A DNA stretch of 64,000 nt, taken from Callorhinchus milii (lineage: Eukaryota). The DNA is taken from NCBI RefSeq assembly GCF_018977255.1, contig NW_024704742.1, positions 34,846,001 to 34,910,000 of the forward strand, in the 5' to 3' direction. A program made the translations under genes and the position numbers. The notes beneath the pieces were generated by a model, which did not search any database, was not told the DNA's origin, and worked only from the letters and a program-made list of their open reading frames with translations. How positions within the stretch are numbered: the stretch's first letter is position 1; the number at the start of each line of letters is the position of its first letter. This document shows, piece by piece, positions 34,478-47,235 of this stretch.

Positions 34478-37263
34478 GGCTAAAAGATTAGGGCTATTGC
34501 TGATAGAAGAGACACCTTTATGTTTTCATTTGAAAAATCATCTGTTGTTCAGAAGTGTTTAATGTTGAGCATGTTTGAGAAAAGGTCAGATAGTGTTGGT
34601 GGCTAGTCCCTAGGCCACGTTCTTTCTAAACAGGCATTTCTAGCATTGAAAAATTGTCTGCATTTTAATAACAAAATCTAGTCTCTTTTGTAATAATCCT
34701 TTCCCAAATGGCAGACTTCAGCCCAGACCTGGACTGTGGACATCTTGCTGTCTGAATGCTCCTTTCTACATATTTGCAGTTCCACCTTTAGTCCCAGGAA
34801 TTTGTTGCTACATGCCTTCTCCACTTTGGTTGATGTGGAAAGAGTTTCGGTGAGGCTTGTCATGGTAGGAGGATGTGCTATCAGAGTGAAGGCTGGATGC
34901 AGAGTTTCCAATTCAAGCTGCTTGTCTGTTGCTGGGGGCAGAGATTGAGCAAGAAAATGACAAGGGAGCCATTCCAGGTAGGAATGGAGGGTGGGAGGGA
35001 GGGAGGGAGGGAAGGCGGCAGAGGCCATGGGAGGAGAACAACTAGTGAAGGATATGGGTTGTATAAGAAGCAAAAATGGTCAAAGTGGCTAAAGAAAGAA
35101 GGGCTGAGCAAGAATGCAAGGGAAAGAGGAGCAATAGTGTCCAAGTACAGCAGAGGACATGGGTTTGTAAGAGGAACAAATCAGAATGAGAACTGTTCAG
35201 TGAATAAATGAAGTTCAGAGTAGAGCTCCCTGTAGCCTAGCGGGTATAAGATGATGAAAAAAAGTTGGGAAGCTAATGAGTGAAGATAGGTGTTGGACAG
35301 GATTGTGTACGAGCTCAACAATCAATAATGGCATTTTATCTGGATTGTACACAATCAGCCGCCAGCAATATTCAGTTCAGATCTTGGTAAAACTGATGAC
35401 TAAGGTATCTGAAAATAATTATTAAATATGTTTTTAGCTCTGCTGTGTAAGTAAGAATGTGTGAAGGATCAACAGTGTGGCACCCTTACATGTCATTGGC
35501 TTCTGTTTGATTGCATGCACAGGAACGTTAAAACAAAACAGACAGCCCCTGGTGTCATAAATATCTTCCTCTTGCTGAAGAATGAATTGCCCATCTTCAC
35601 CTTAAAGTGTTACAGTATACTTGACAGATTATTGGCACTGAGTTGAATAATTGGGTTTATAAGCACTTGCATCAAAATTGTTATGCTGGGAAAAGCCAGG
35701 AGGAAGCAATAGAAAAGATTTAACAGGGTGGAAATAAATGTTTGCGTGCACGTGTTACAAGAAACCTGCATGCCAGCTGTTTTCTTGCACTGAAAGATTT
35801 CAGCCAAACCCCATAGGTCCTGAGTTGATCATAAGAGATGAATTTATGATCAAAGACTTTTTGCTGCTTCCTGCATTGGAACTCCTTACTCATAATGCAA
35901 AGGAGAAGTGGTGGATCAGTAACAACAAGGCCTTGATTTATAGTATCAGTGACTTTTAAGCTGCACTTCAGTGCTGCTGGTACAATCTCAAGTTATCCTC
36001 CTGTTTTAACAGAGTTATGAATAGATTGATCTGTGCAGACAGGAGAGTGGAAACGAGATAAGAGCTGCCAGAACCCCTGCATCTTTTCAAAGTGTCTCAT
36101 CTGCGTGCACGTCATGTAAAAATTGTAAACTCTAATGACTTCACACAAGTGCTGAAGTGCTTTATTTATATACATTATTAGCAAAACTATAGATTCCTGT
36201 TGCAGCTGCGTTCAGCTTGCCGTCTGCAAATAAATCTGTCAAGTTTAAAAGTCGTAAATAGGGTTTCACTCCAAATTCTTCCCTTGTAGAAATATTCGAT
36301 ACAAACAAACAATTTTGCAATGGGATTAGAAAAGTATTGCATTTCTAAAATGCCTTACCATGTTGAATGTTTCAAAGAGCTTCACAAATAATTCCTGTCA
36401 AATATAGTAATTGTTTATTGTAGTGAAAAACTGTGGCCATTTATGCCAGCCAGGTCCAACAAATTGCGCTGAGATAAATTATAAATGGGTCTGGAGGATT
36501 GTTGGCTTGACACTGGGAGAAATTCACTTCTCTTTTCCTTTATTGTGAAACATTGTTGTCACTTTTTTACAGTTAGTGCATTTGTGGATGTTCTGAATTA
36601 TTGTTTTCTGACCTGAATTGAACACTGTCAAATTGGAGAGCACTACCCTCCCATAGGCAATAAATGCTGGCCCTGCGAATGTCCCCATATCCCGAGTAGA
36701 GTGTATACAAAAAAAAATTGTATCTCTCAGTCCCTCAGTTTACTTCTTTATCAAATGATGTTCCAATTTCCTCTTGAATTTCTTGACCCATATGCCTCCA
36801 TGGTCTTGATGGATAATTCATTCTACATCTTCACCAGAGGCTTGGTGTTTTTATAGTCAGCGCCTTTGGCTATATGAATAAATTACTTTAGTTAAATCAA
36901 ACTTATTTTCACATTTCCTCTTGTGAGCTTGGGCCCATGCCTTCCCATCATGCGTGTGACTGTGTTAAAAGGTTCATTGTTTTCATGTGGCATTCCCATC
37001 ATTTAGTCCAGGTGAGAAATTGAGAAAGTGTGTTCCCGTTATACAAACATGCTTGAGTAGATCCTGGGATTCTCAGTGGAACGATGGAACCATTTCTAAA
37101 ACTATTGTTTCTGGTCTTTAAAATGGCAGGGGTTCACATTATGAGCTGCAAAAATAAATGAGTGTGTTCACTAACACAAGTCGTACAGCACGATACAACT
37201 GAAGGTTGGTGACCTCAGTTGAATTGGTCTCCACATGAAAGTTGAGGGTTGCTAAGGGGTTTT

Positions 37264-37600
37264 GGGAGATCCTGTATTGATTAGAGCACTAGACTCGCAA
37301 GCGAGAGGACCCAGGTTCGATTCTCGGGCAGGGCAAAACCTTAGGCAAGTGTCCTTACTCCACACACTTCTATGTAGGAATTGTTAGTCGATTGGTGGAT
37401 TGCTTTCTAGGGATAATAATCCCTTCAAAAAATAATAAAATCCAAACCTTGACTGTTTGTGGGACACTGCTGTGCACAATTGGCTGCTGCATTTCACCCA
37501 TAAAATATACAGTCAATTCACTTTACAGTATATTCTGTGAAGCGCTTTGAGACGTCTCAATGATGTGATAAGGCGCTATATCAAATGCAAAGATTATTAT
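37264..37600 (+). mobile_element. tRNA-headed Deu-type SINE (short type)
   Basis: TTAGAGCACT..GCAAGCGAGAGG..GGTTCGATTC head and ..GGCGCTATATCAAATGCAAAGATTATTAT tail. Confidence 0.88.
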
Positions 37601-37629
37601 CAGTTAGGATTTTAGCAACTAGTATATAA

Positions 37630-38060
37630 TTTTTTGTCAGCCGGGTGTCTGACACATGCAAAAACCCATCACCATGCTCAAGAGTATCCAAACCAAGCTG
37701 AGAGTTCCTTTGTGCGTGCCACCTACATGTGGAAATTCCCAATTTTGGAATGCGGACCTTGACCTCAGAGGGACACATCCTACTTACTTAATTCTGGAGA
37801 GTAATGGACACAGGTTGGCAAGAGCCAAGGTTTGAGGACCCCAAAGTGTGCATTTGGCTACTGGTAGAGCTTATCCAGCTAAAACCGCATGGCTTGCCAT
37901 TGAGAGATTTGTTTGGCAAACTTCCTGCTACTTGTCCAGCTAGGACCACCCTATAACCTCTTTGATTTGCTGGGTTAACAGGAGCTGAATGGGAAGAATC
38001 CCTACTCCTAGTAACTGGTCTGTCCTTCCAGGTCCTGCTATGCCTTAGACTAGAGCACTC
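37630..38060 (-). repeat. Copy of the unclassified dispersed repeat (see 15460)
   Basis: TTTTTTGTCAGCCGGGTGTCTGACACATGCAAAAACCCATCACCATGCTCAAGAGTATCCAAACC... Confidence 0.8.
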
Positions 38061-38776
38061 CAGACCCTTCCATGTGTTATTTGTTGGGTTAGCAATTTTT
38101 AAAAAAATATTTGAGCATTTGTAATGAGATTTCCAATTATAAATGATCAGTGAAAAAAATACCGTGTGTGTGGGTATTATACACTGTGATAGCTCAAGAT
38201 TCTTGTTCCTTGAGAATTATACATAAAATTTTCAAAAGGGAGTTCATGCAGCTGTGACATACAGCATGTGTGAGACTTAATGGACCTATTTATTCAGTTG
38301 AGGGAAATTGCTTTTTACATTTCCTGATTTTCGTCAGATAATATTGATGATTATTTTTGAAAAACATTTTTTTTAACTACTATTTGCATCTGTGGAGGAC
38401 AAGTAGTTACATTTATAAAGTACTAGTGCATCTCAGAGAGCTTTACAATGACAAGGTTGGCTACCGAGCAGAGGAGGGGAGAAAGGAAAGGTTACTAGAG
38501 GTGCAGTCGAAGAGGTATATTTTAATGTGGGATTTGAAGACAGATAGAGGTTAGGGGTGTCGAACTGGATAGCTCAGCCAATGATGGTGTGGGACACTCA
38601 GCAAGTCTGAGCGGAGGGTTCTCAAAACACAAAACAGAAACAAATCAACAGTAGTCATTGACACCCATCCTCTTCTGCTACCTCGGTACAACCATGTGCT
38701 TCAAACACCTGTTGCTGTCACTACAAGTGTGTGTTTAGGCTCTCTCCTCCCTCTTTCTCACCTCTGACCCCACTAC

Positions 38777-39103
38777 ATAATAATAATAATAATAATCCTT
38801 GCATTTGATATAGCGCTTTTCACGTCGGGAGGACGTCCCAAAGCGCTTCACAGAACACACTGTAAAGTGAATTGACTGTATATTTGTGGGCGAACGCGGC
38901 AGCCAATTGCGCACAGCAATGTCCCACAAACAGTCGTTGATTGAAAATGACCAATTTCTTATTGTTTTTGGTTTTGGAGGGATTATTATTAGGCGTGTGG
39001 AGTAAGGAAACTTGCCCAAGGTTTCGCCCTGACCTGCCTGGAATTGAACCCAGGTCTCTCGCTTGCAAAGCGAGTGCTCTAACCACTGAGCTACAGGACT
39101 CCA
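38777..39103 (-). mobile_element. Full-length young tRNA(Ala-like)-headed Deu-type SINE
   Basis: Reverse complement TGGAGTCCTGTAGCTCAGTGGTTAGAGCACTCGCTTTGCAAGCGAGAGACCTGGGTTCAATTCC: A/B boxes and an anticodon-like arm CTCGC-TTTGCAA-GCGAG. Deu-like core, L2-like tail and (ATT)n. Confidence 0.93.
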
Positions 39104-40276
39104 CATGCTATTTCTAAGGCTCTACACCAGTTTTAAGTTATTTTTTCCTGATTCTTCAACTTCTTTGTGTGTGCTGGACTGTGGAACATCGCAAAGAAAC
39201 TGCAGATGTTGATGCTTTTTGATTTTCATCTAATCCAGGCAAGGCAAGTTATTTATGCGCTCAGTAACCCAACTAACCCAATCCTTTGAGCACATCCAGG
39301 AGAATTGATTTTTATTGCCCAGTTCTAAACCTCTTAGAGGTTACACAAAGTCTTGTTGCAGCCAATGGATTGCACATTGATCTTTTGGTGCTCATCACAG
39401 TACAAGAGCAGAAGGCTGTAATGCACCCAATCCATCTGAACCAGTGGACTTTAAAACCTTCAGATAGGACTTTCTACTTGATTGATTGTAGACAGACCTA
39501 TTCCTGCAACCCCCTCCCCCCCTCCAGACTGATGCATGCTTTTGTGCTGCAAGGATCTTATTACTTTTTTGTTGTGCTAGTGTCTCCTTCTCTATGCTGT
39601 TGCTCCCTCTCCCATGTTACTCTACGTGAAGGACACATAAATAAATCCAAGTCGTTGTTCCCATTACCGTCACCACCAGTCAGCTGAGCTGTGTCCTGTC
39701 ACAATCTCTCTGGCCTTATGTCCGTCCTTCCCAATTAGTGACTGGTCCATATACCTCGCTATCTCTCTGGAGATTAGTTTTGGACAAACCGTGTAGTGCA
39801 AAATATAACAAGGCACAACATGTGATTGATTATAAGTTGAATAAATTACTAAGTAGAGATGGATTTACTGGGAAACAATGTACAACCCAAAATCGACTGT
39901 TTCTTATAATCCTAGTGCTGGTTTATGCCACATTGAAAATCTCTGTAGCTGTCATTCAGCATTGGTGAAAAGATTGAAGTTTGTCCATTAACAGTTTAGA
40001 AAGCATTTTTTCTTCTTCAGATGTCAGATCTCCAAGATACATTTTAAGGCACAATTTGTAGAGACTCGAGTGCTGTCTTCTCACTGATTGTTGTTGACCA
40101 AACGTATTTGTGACATACAGGTCCATTTCTGACCCAAAATGTAGATCTGAATCGATGTTTTTGCTAACCCAATGTTGTGGGCTTAAACTAAAGGAATGCA
40201 TCTCTGTGGTGGCATGAAGGCAAATTAAGTTACAGTATCTTGTAAATGTTTTTGTATAGGTCAGGTGGTCCAACCA

Positions 40277-40659
40277 CCCCCCACACCTCCCCTCCATTTC
40301 ATCTGTCTCCCTCCATAATTCATACACATTATGTTATGTTTCTGAAAGGAAATATTGCTTATGTGGCTTGCAGATGTTTCTCAACTAGGGCATCCAGCCC
40401 TCAGCCACCAAAATGTTGGACCACCCTGGGATGGATGTTTAGGAACTTCTCTATTATAAAGAATACGTCCCCCAGCCCCCCACACCTCCCCTCCATTTCA
40501 TCTGTCTCCCTCCATAATTCATACACATTATGTTATGTTTCTGAAAGGAAATATTGCTTATGTGGCTTGCAGATGTTTCTCAACTAGGGCATCCAGCCCT
40601 CAGCCACCAAAATGTTGGACCACCCTGGGATGGATGTTTAGGAACTTCTCTATTATAAA
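40277..40659 (+). repeat. Perfect 184-bp tandem duplication with a 15-bp spacer
   Basis: 40277-40460 = 40476-40659; spacer GAATACGTCCCCCAG. Confidence 0.95.
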
Positions 40660-41870
40660 ATGCACAATAGTATTATTGATAAACCTGGTAGGCTGTGCAT
40701 TGAAACACCACTCTGTGAATTACAGCTTTTCACCATCTCTCCTGCGTGGGTTTGTGTTAGAATGAGGAAGTCAGTGTTTTCCTTTTGTTAAAAAAAAACT
40801 GCACAGTATTAAGACCTTGGAAACAAAGCTCCACATTCAGTACAACGTGTAACCTAGATTTCACTTTTATAGCAGAAAATAATGAATAAATCAAACTAAT
40901 TTGCTTGTTGGCACAACAATAACACTTCTTTTTGCCACACTCCAATGCAGTTGCGTGATTGACTTCCACTGGAAGCTGCTGTTTAATTGCACTGGAAAAG
41001 GCTAATGACCCAAAACCGATTTATGATCAAGACTGGTTTGAGAACAAGAGAAGTTCTTAATTGTTATAGGTAAGGTCTTAAATTTCTGGCAAGAAACATG
41101 CAGTGTTTTGCTGCAGGAAGGAGCCACTCAGATTTCTTGTTCTTTTTATCATATTGAAGTGTAATGAGACTGAATGTTCAGCGCCTGAGTTTTGCAGTTT
41201 GTGTGGCAGAACTGTTCCAGAATATGAAGCTACTGTGAAGTAATTGTTTTAAATTCTAAGAGCAGTGGGACGGACACCAAGGCTCTGTGCCCTGGAGTGG
41301 CAAAATGTGGGCTTGTGACCTTGAGTTATGGTGACTTAAGTTCTTGGGTGTGCACCCCACAGGGAGGGAAAAAATTGTTCAACATGAGTATTCTGGCAGT
41401 GTTTATGCCAAAAAGGGATACTGCATACAGCAGTGGTAACATATATAGGTAGACAGTTGTGTGCATGGCATAGGTTTCTCAGTTTATCTGTTGTTGCACC
41501 AAGAGAACTGCAACAGTTATTTCTTTTGGGCGAGCAGCAAATGCTGTCTTGTGTCTCCCTCTGTTTCGATGTGGCTCATCTCAATGTGTCAAGCCTGCCT
41601 CGGTTCTCCATGCTGTCTGGACAAATTCACACATTCATCCATGGGCCAACTTGACTAAAATCAAGCAGCATTCTAAACGTGTTGAAATGGTTATCAGCCA
41701 GAGCTGTGTGCAAGGCTGCAGCTGCTCCACACAAACAATGTTTTGTCTGTCCTCCCCAGTGCGGGACTCTACAAGATTGTCAATTCACATCAAACAAAAT
41801 TTCAGCAAAAATCAGTGGATTTCAGCCCAGTTCCATTTAGTACCCCTATATCTGATACACCTATACACCT

Positions 41871-42098
41871 GAGAGTCCTGTAGCTCAGTGGTTAGAGCAC
41901 TCGCTTCCCAAGCGGGAGACCTGGGTTCGATTCCAGACACGGTGAAACCTTGGGCAAGTTTCCTTACTCCACGCGCCTGATAATAATCCCTCAAAAAAAA
42001 TAATAAATTGGTTATTTCAATCCACGACTGTTTGTGGGACACTGCTGGGTGCAATTGGTTGTCGAGTTTCGCTCACAATTCACTTTACAGTCTATTCT
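41871..42098 (+). mobile_element. tRNA-headed SINE (short type), 3' end missing
   Basis: GAGTCCTGTAGCTCAGTGGTTAGAGCACTCGC head and partial Deu core. Confidence 0.88.
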
Positions 42099-44587
42099 AA
42101 CCTAAATCTAACCTTGTTCATGCATACCCTTTCATTCACAGCCAGACAGTTTTGAGAGCTGTGGGGGGAGCAGTAGTTGCTAATGGGAAAGGCTTGCCTG
42201 AATTCACATTGCAATCTAGCTGTAATCTCATGCCAAGACTATTGTTATTTGCACTTAGAAAGTTTTTTTAAAAATAAATAAAAACAATTCTTACATTATA
42301 GTACCTTATCATGTCATTGAGATGTCTCGAAACCCTTCACAGGATATACAGTAAAGTGGATTAACTATGTATTTTATGGATGAAATCTTCAACTGCAAGA
42401 AACTAAAGTACCACCACCTGATCTTCATTTCAGCCTATTATCTCTCCACATGTCGTGCATAAGCACAAGAATAGCGTTACCGAAATGTTTCCCTCTGGTG
42501 TGTTTAATGTCCTTCGGATACAAAGTGAATCTGAAATATCCTGAGCTGCTGGTACTGCCAAATTTTCGGAGTGTGGAGTTCACAGTTGATCTCTGTGGCT
42601 GCAACAGAAAAACAAGTTCTCTTGCACTCATCTTTGAAAGTTGACTGATTATTCTACAACAACAACTTACAACAAATTAAATTTGTATAGCGCCTTTCTT
42701 ATCGGGGGGATGTCCCAAAGCTGGTTATTCTAGTTGGGGCAGGACAAGTGTTCCAGTATTGGTGAGATGAGTGAGGATGCAACAACACTCTGAGGCTCGC
42801 TCTTGTGAGTCAGCAATCCCATTTGGGAAAACTTTTTACTGATCTGTATGGATGGACTGACCCCTCAACTCATCCATAGCTAGAAAATGATAGCCTGGTG
42901 CACTTTACAGTGCTGCGGAAATCAGAGCTGCTCCCAGTGACAGTACTGAAAGGTAACTGCACCATAGAATGAGAGTAATGAATGTTGGGCAGACTTTTTT
43001 CAGTCTGCTAGAGGTCCGACACATGCAGAAATCCATCACCATGATTAAGAGTATCCAAACCAGAATGAATCTGGGACAAGCCATTGTTATAAACAGTGGT
43101 TTTACCTGCTTCGAATTGAAATGAATTTGTAGCCATAGGATAGAAAGAGCTGTGTTTCAATGTATGACATGGGAAAGTAGTGTTGTGATGTCTTCTCTTT
43201 GCGAGTTACAACACATGTTAATGAGATTACTGGATTACTTAACAATGGTGACTGAGCTCTGGCAGACATTTGCCCCATCTGCATAGCTCTTTTGCCTCCA
43301 TCACACTCGGGGAAAACATTTTGTTGAGAAATATAAGTTTTCCCAAATGGCGTTACGCTGATCCACAAGAGCTGGCCTCATACTGGTGTTGCATTCTCGT
43401 TCACCGGCATGACATATCCATCATGGTGTTCCCCATCGGAGATGCTTTTTATTTTCATAGTGCTTTTCCGCTACGACGATTTCCCATAGCGCACTTTTTC
43501 AACCCACTTTAAATGCTTCTCTGATGTGACTTAGAACAAGGAGCTAAAATGTTAGACAAATCATTAATTCAATTCTACTTAAATTAGATTAAATGGATCT
43601 TTAAAATGACACCAAGGACTTTGCTGTGTTCAAATTAGCTGGCATTTCGTCAGTAAAATACATAGTTGCTACACTGAAGCACCTTATGATGATTTGCTGA
43701 TGTGATAAGTCACTATATCAAATGCAAGGATTAATATTAGTATAAATGGCACATAACCAGATGTTGTACATGACATCATGTACAAAGGATTCCTGAATTC
43801 AGTCACTAAATACTGCAAATGTCAATATATCCCAGCAAAATCTAATACTGAGAGGATTAAAGCTTGAATGCTTTACGAATGCACACAGTCCAACATATTG
43901 AGCCTTAGCAGGCTTTGCGGATTATGAGACTATTGCAAGTGGACAGACAGTTGCATTGCCATTGTTTAAAAGTAAAATCTAATGCATCACTGTGACGGGC
44001 TGAAGATGGTTCTGTGGATAACCTACTGATCTACATGACTTCACCATTGAACTATTTCTTTTCTAAGACAGTTTGCTTCAGGAGAAAAAAATTATTCAAA
44101 TGAAATATGTTCCTACATGTATGTTTACACTTTGTGCTTGGAATCATCTGAGTTTTTCTTCCTATGGAACCTCCTTTTCTCTACAGCTATAAATTAGTAC
44201 AGCTTTGAGAGGTTTTCTTTCAATACCTCATTGCAGAAGATATAGTATTGCAGGAGAAGAAACAGGTTTGAACTCCTTGACGCTGTCATTATGTTGACCT
44301 TTTGGTTTGTGTTATAAGTTACCCTGGTGGTAGTGATGCTAAAACATTCAAAAAAAAGAGAGCCACCTCCTAAACTATGTCCCTTGATTTCATAGTTAGG
44401 AATTACTTTGCAACACAGGACTAATGGATTAATCATAAAACCTTATGAAACCTCTGTGCAATATGGTCTGTATTAATATTAAAGAAACATCTAGTACCTC
44501 TATTAAGATGGGTTTTGCCTATTGTACCTGAAATTAATAACTCCATTAAGAATTATGATTTTAAGTCACAATAATCCTTGTTTTTGA

Positions 44588-44965
44588 TAGAGTCCTAGAG
44601 TGTAGTGGTTAGCACACTCTTCTCTCAAACGAGAGACCTGGGTTTGATTCCCGAAGTGTCAAAATGTTAGGCAAGTTTCCTTATTTCACACGCCTCTGTT
44701 TTCCTAACAGTGAGTAGGAATCCAGTTGTTAGTCGATTGGTGGATCACTTTTCCGGGCATAACATTCCCTTTTGGAAAAAAAATAGTTTGGTCACTCAAT
44801 CCACGACTGTTTGTGGGATACTGCCTTGCGTAATCGGCTGCCACATTTCGGCCACAAAATGTACAGTCAATTCATTTTACAGTGGATTCTGTGAAGTGCT
44901 TTGAGACATCTCGAAGACCTGATCAGATGCTATATCAAATGCAATTATTATTACTATTATTATTT
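44588..44965 (+). mobile_element. tRNA-headed Deu-type SINE (short type)
   Basis: Same head, core and tail as 55412-55727, more diverged. Confidence 0.85.
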
Positions 44966-47014
44966 ATTTGGAAGATTGTTAATCAGGACACCAGTGGAAG
45001 CTTCCATTTTCCCCTTTGAGCGATTAAAAAAAAAAGCAGAATGTGTTTTCATTAAAGGTCAAATGAAGGTATCCTTGTCTTCATAAGCTTTCTATATTTT
45101 TGTGGGGGGTGAATTTATGCGCTCGTCATGGTGATGGATGGTCAGTATTGCAGACTGAACACCATCTGGTTTGGGAACTGAGTCACTATTAAGCAAACCC
45201 AGGTCAAGTACAGCATGAGTAATGCTGTGTTTGGTGTTGTAAAAGGATGTTAGATTTGCAGGCTGAATTTACTGAACACATTATAAGGGGGACGGTGGAT
45301 AAATGAAACCAATGCAGCTGCTTCAAGCTAATGCATTGGTTTAAATTAGAAGTAAAGACCTTTGAGCTGTTTATTTTTATGAAGAGAGTCGCTGTTTAAA
45401 TGTAAGTTATTGCAGCTATTATTACATGTCTGAGTGCCTTGTGGGGATTTACGCAGGCAGCGTGTTTCAGCATGTACGGTAATTTATTTATTAAAAAAAC
45501 CTTTTAAATTTGTTCAGCGGAATCCAGCCACCAGGGTATTAGATTCAGAAGTGAACTTGGTGTCATTTTAATACCAAATGAAGCACAAGTTGATCTTGCT
45601 GTACCATGCACTGATGTTATGCCTTAACTCCAACCTCAGAAGATTGCCTCTCTGTGTACCAGTATGAGGAATGCCCAGCAGCTATCTTTCTGGCCTCTTG
45701 AGATGAGATTGCAAATTCCATGTCAATTTATTCTGAGCTATTGGCAATTTTATGCTGTGAACCTTTACCTGTTAAGTAGTTGGGTGAGACTGCCAACGTT
45801 CATTACATTTGGGAGCCTTACAGCTGGCAGAGAGAAGAGACATTCATCTCAGCAGACTGGACTGTATTCAAATCCAGGTCTCTTGAGTTGAAAGGAGAGG
45901 ATGCTGTGTGCCCAGTTCCTCATTTTAGATGTTTCAATGTGTGTTTCTCTGGCACACCTTTGAAATGAGGATGGATGGGAGGGCACAAATAACACTACTT
46001 ATGAGTTATATAATTGGCATCCACTATAGCTTACTTTGTAAAATCACCAGCTCCCAGCATATTTGATTTTTCAGTGACTAAAGTATATATTTTTGTCTAT
46101 TAAAATTGTGCCTTTGAGAAAGTAGAATTTCAAAATATTTTTAACCTGCTAACATAAGCTTTTGAGTAACTCACTCAGTTCAGATTTGGAATCAGAAGGT
46201 TCTGGGTTCACATCCCAACTGAGCCACTTTGCCCTTTACCCCTTTGAAGTTATACCATGTCTGTAAAAAGTAAAGGGAGGTCAGTGGAGTCTCCTTGGGA
46301 TTGAAATGGCAGAGAGATTCGCAGCGATCCAAGACAGACATGCAGATGTAGACATGCCCTCACCTCCGCAGGACAAAGACCTACACACTGCATGCTCAAG
46401 ATGTACAGGTATCTTCTTGGACAGTTACAGTTCATTTCATATTCGTGTAATTTTTTAAATGATTTTAATATTCACAACATATAGACTCACTATAATTAAT
46501 AATCATTGCATTTGGTATAGAGGTATTCAAGCGAGGGGGATGTCTCAAAGCACTTTACAGGATATACTGTAAAGTTTAGGGACTGTGGATTTGTAGATGA
46601 CCCTGTTTTTAAATTGTTTTGTAATCTGAAACCCACCCAGGTCTCCCTGCGGCTTTGGGTCATGAAAATGCTTCTTGAAATATTAAACCACAACTAGACA
46701 TTTTGAATTGGCAGGTTGTTTTACAGATTCTTTTTCATGGGTTTTCCTTTTTTTCAGCAAGAAAGATGTTTGATAATAATGAATGTTTATAAAATACACT
46801 CCATCATCTATCACTTGACTCATCCACGGGCTTCAGGCAGCCACAACACTTTCCTTTATTTTTCTCTATTCCTTTATTTTTCTCAATTTGTGCTGGGCAC
46901 AAATTGGCTAACACAATCGCACTTAATAAAAATAACTCAAAGGCCTTTGAGACATCGAATGTCTAGCCTCTATGTCAAATGAAAGGATTATTTTATTGCA
47001 CTGTTTATCTTTAT

Positions 47015-47235
47015 AAATTCAGAACTTTTTTTTGCACACAGAGAGTTATTGGGATGTGGGAAGCCCTGCCACATAAAGTGGTAGAGGCAGAGTCCACTGT
47101 GGGTTTTCAGTGGGAAGTAGACAGCTATAAGAGAGAAATAGACTTGATGGGGGTATGGGGTAGTGGAATTGAATGAACTGCTTGGTCTGAGACCAAATGG
47201 CCTCCTTCTGTGCTGTAAATTTCTATGATTCTATT
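47015..47235 (+). mobile_element. CR1 LINE 3' end
   Basis: FFCTQRVIGMWEALP..VVEAES; ends AAATGGCCTCCTTCTGTGCTGTAAATTTCTATGATTCTAT. Confidence 0.8.

Noticed and set aside
40277..40659. CRISPR-like or other prokaryotic repeat-spacer system
   Set aside because: There are only two 184-bp units, the context is a vertebrate intron, and there are no cas-like or other prokaryotic genes in the window.
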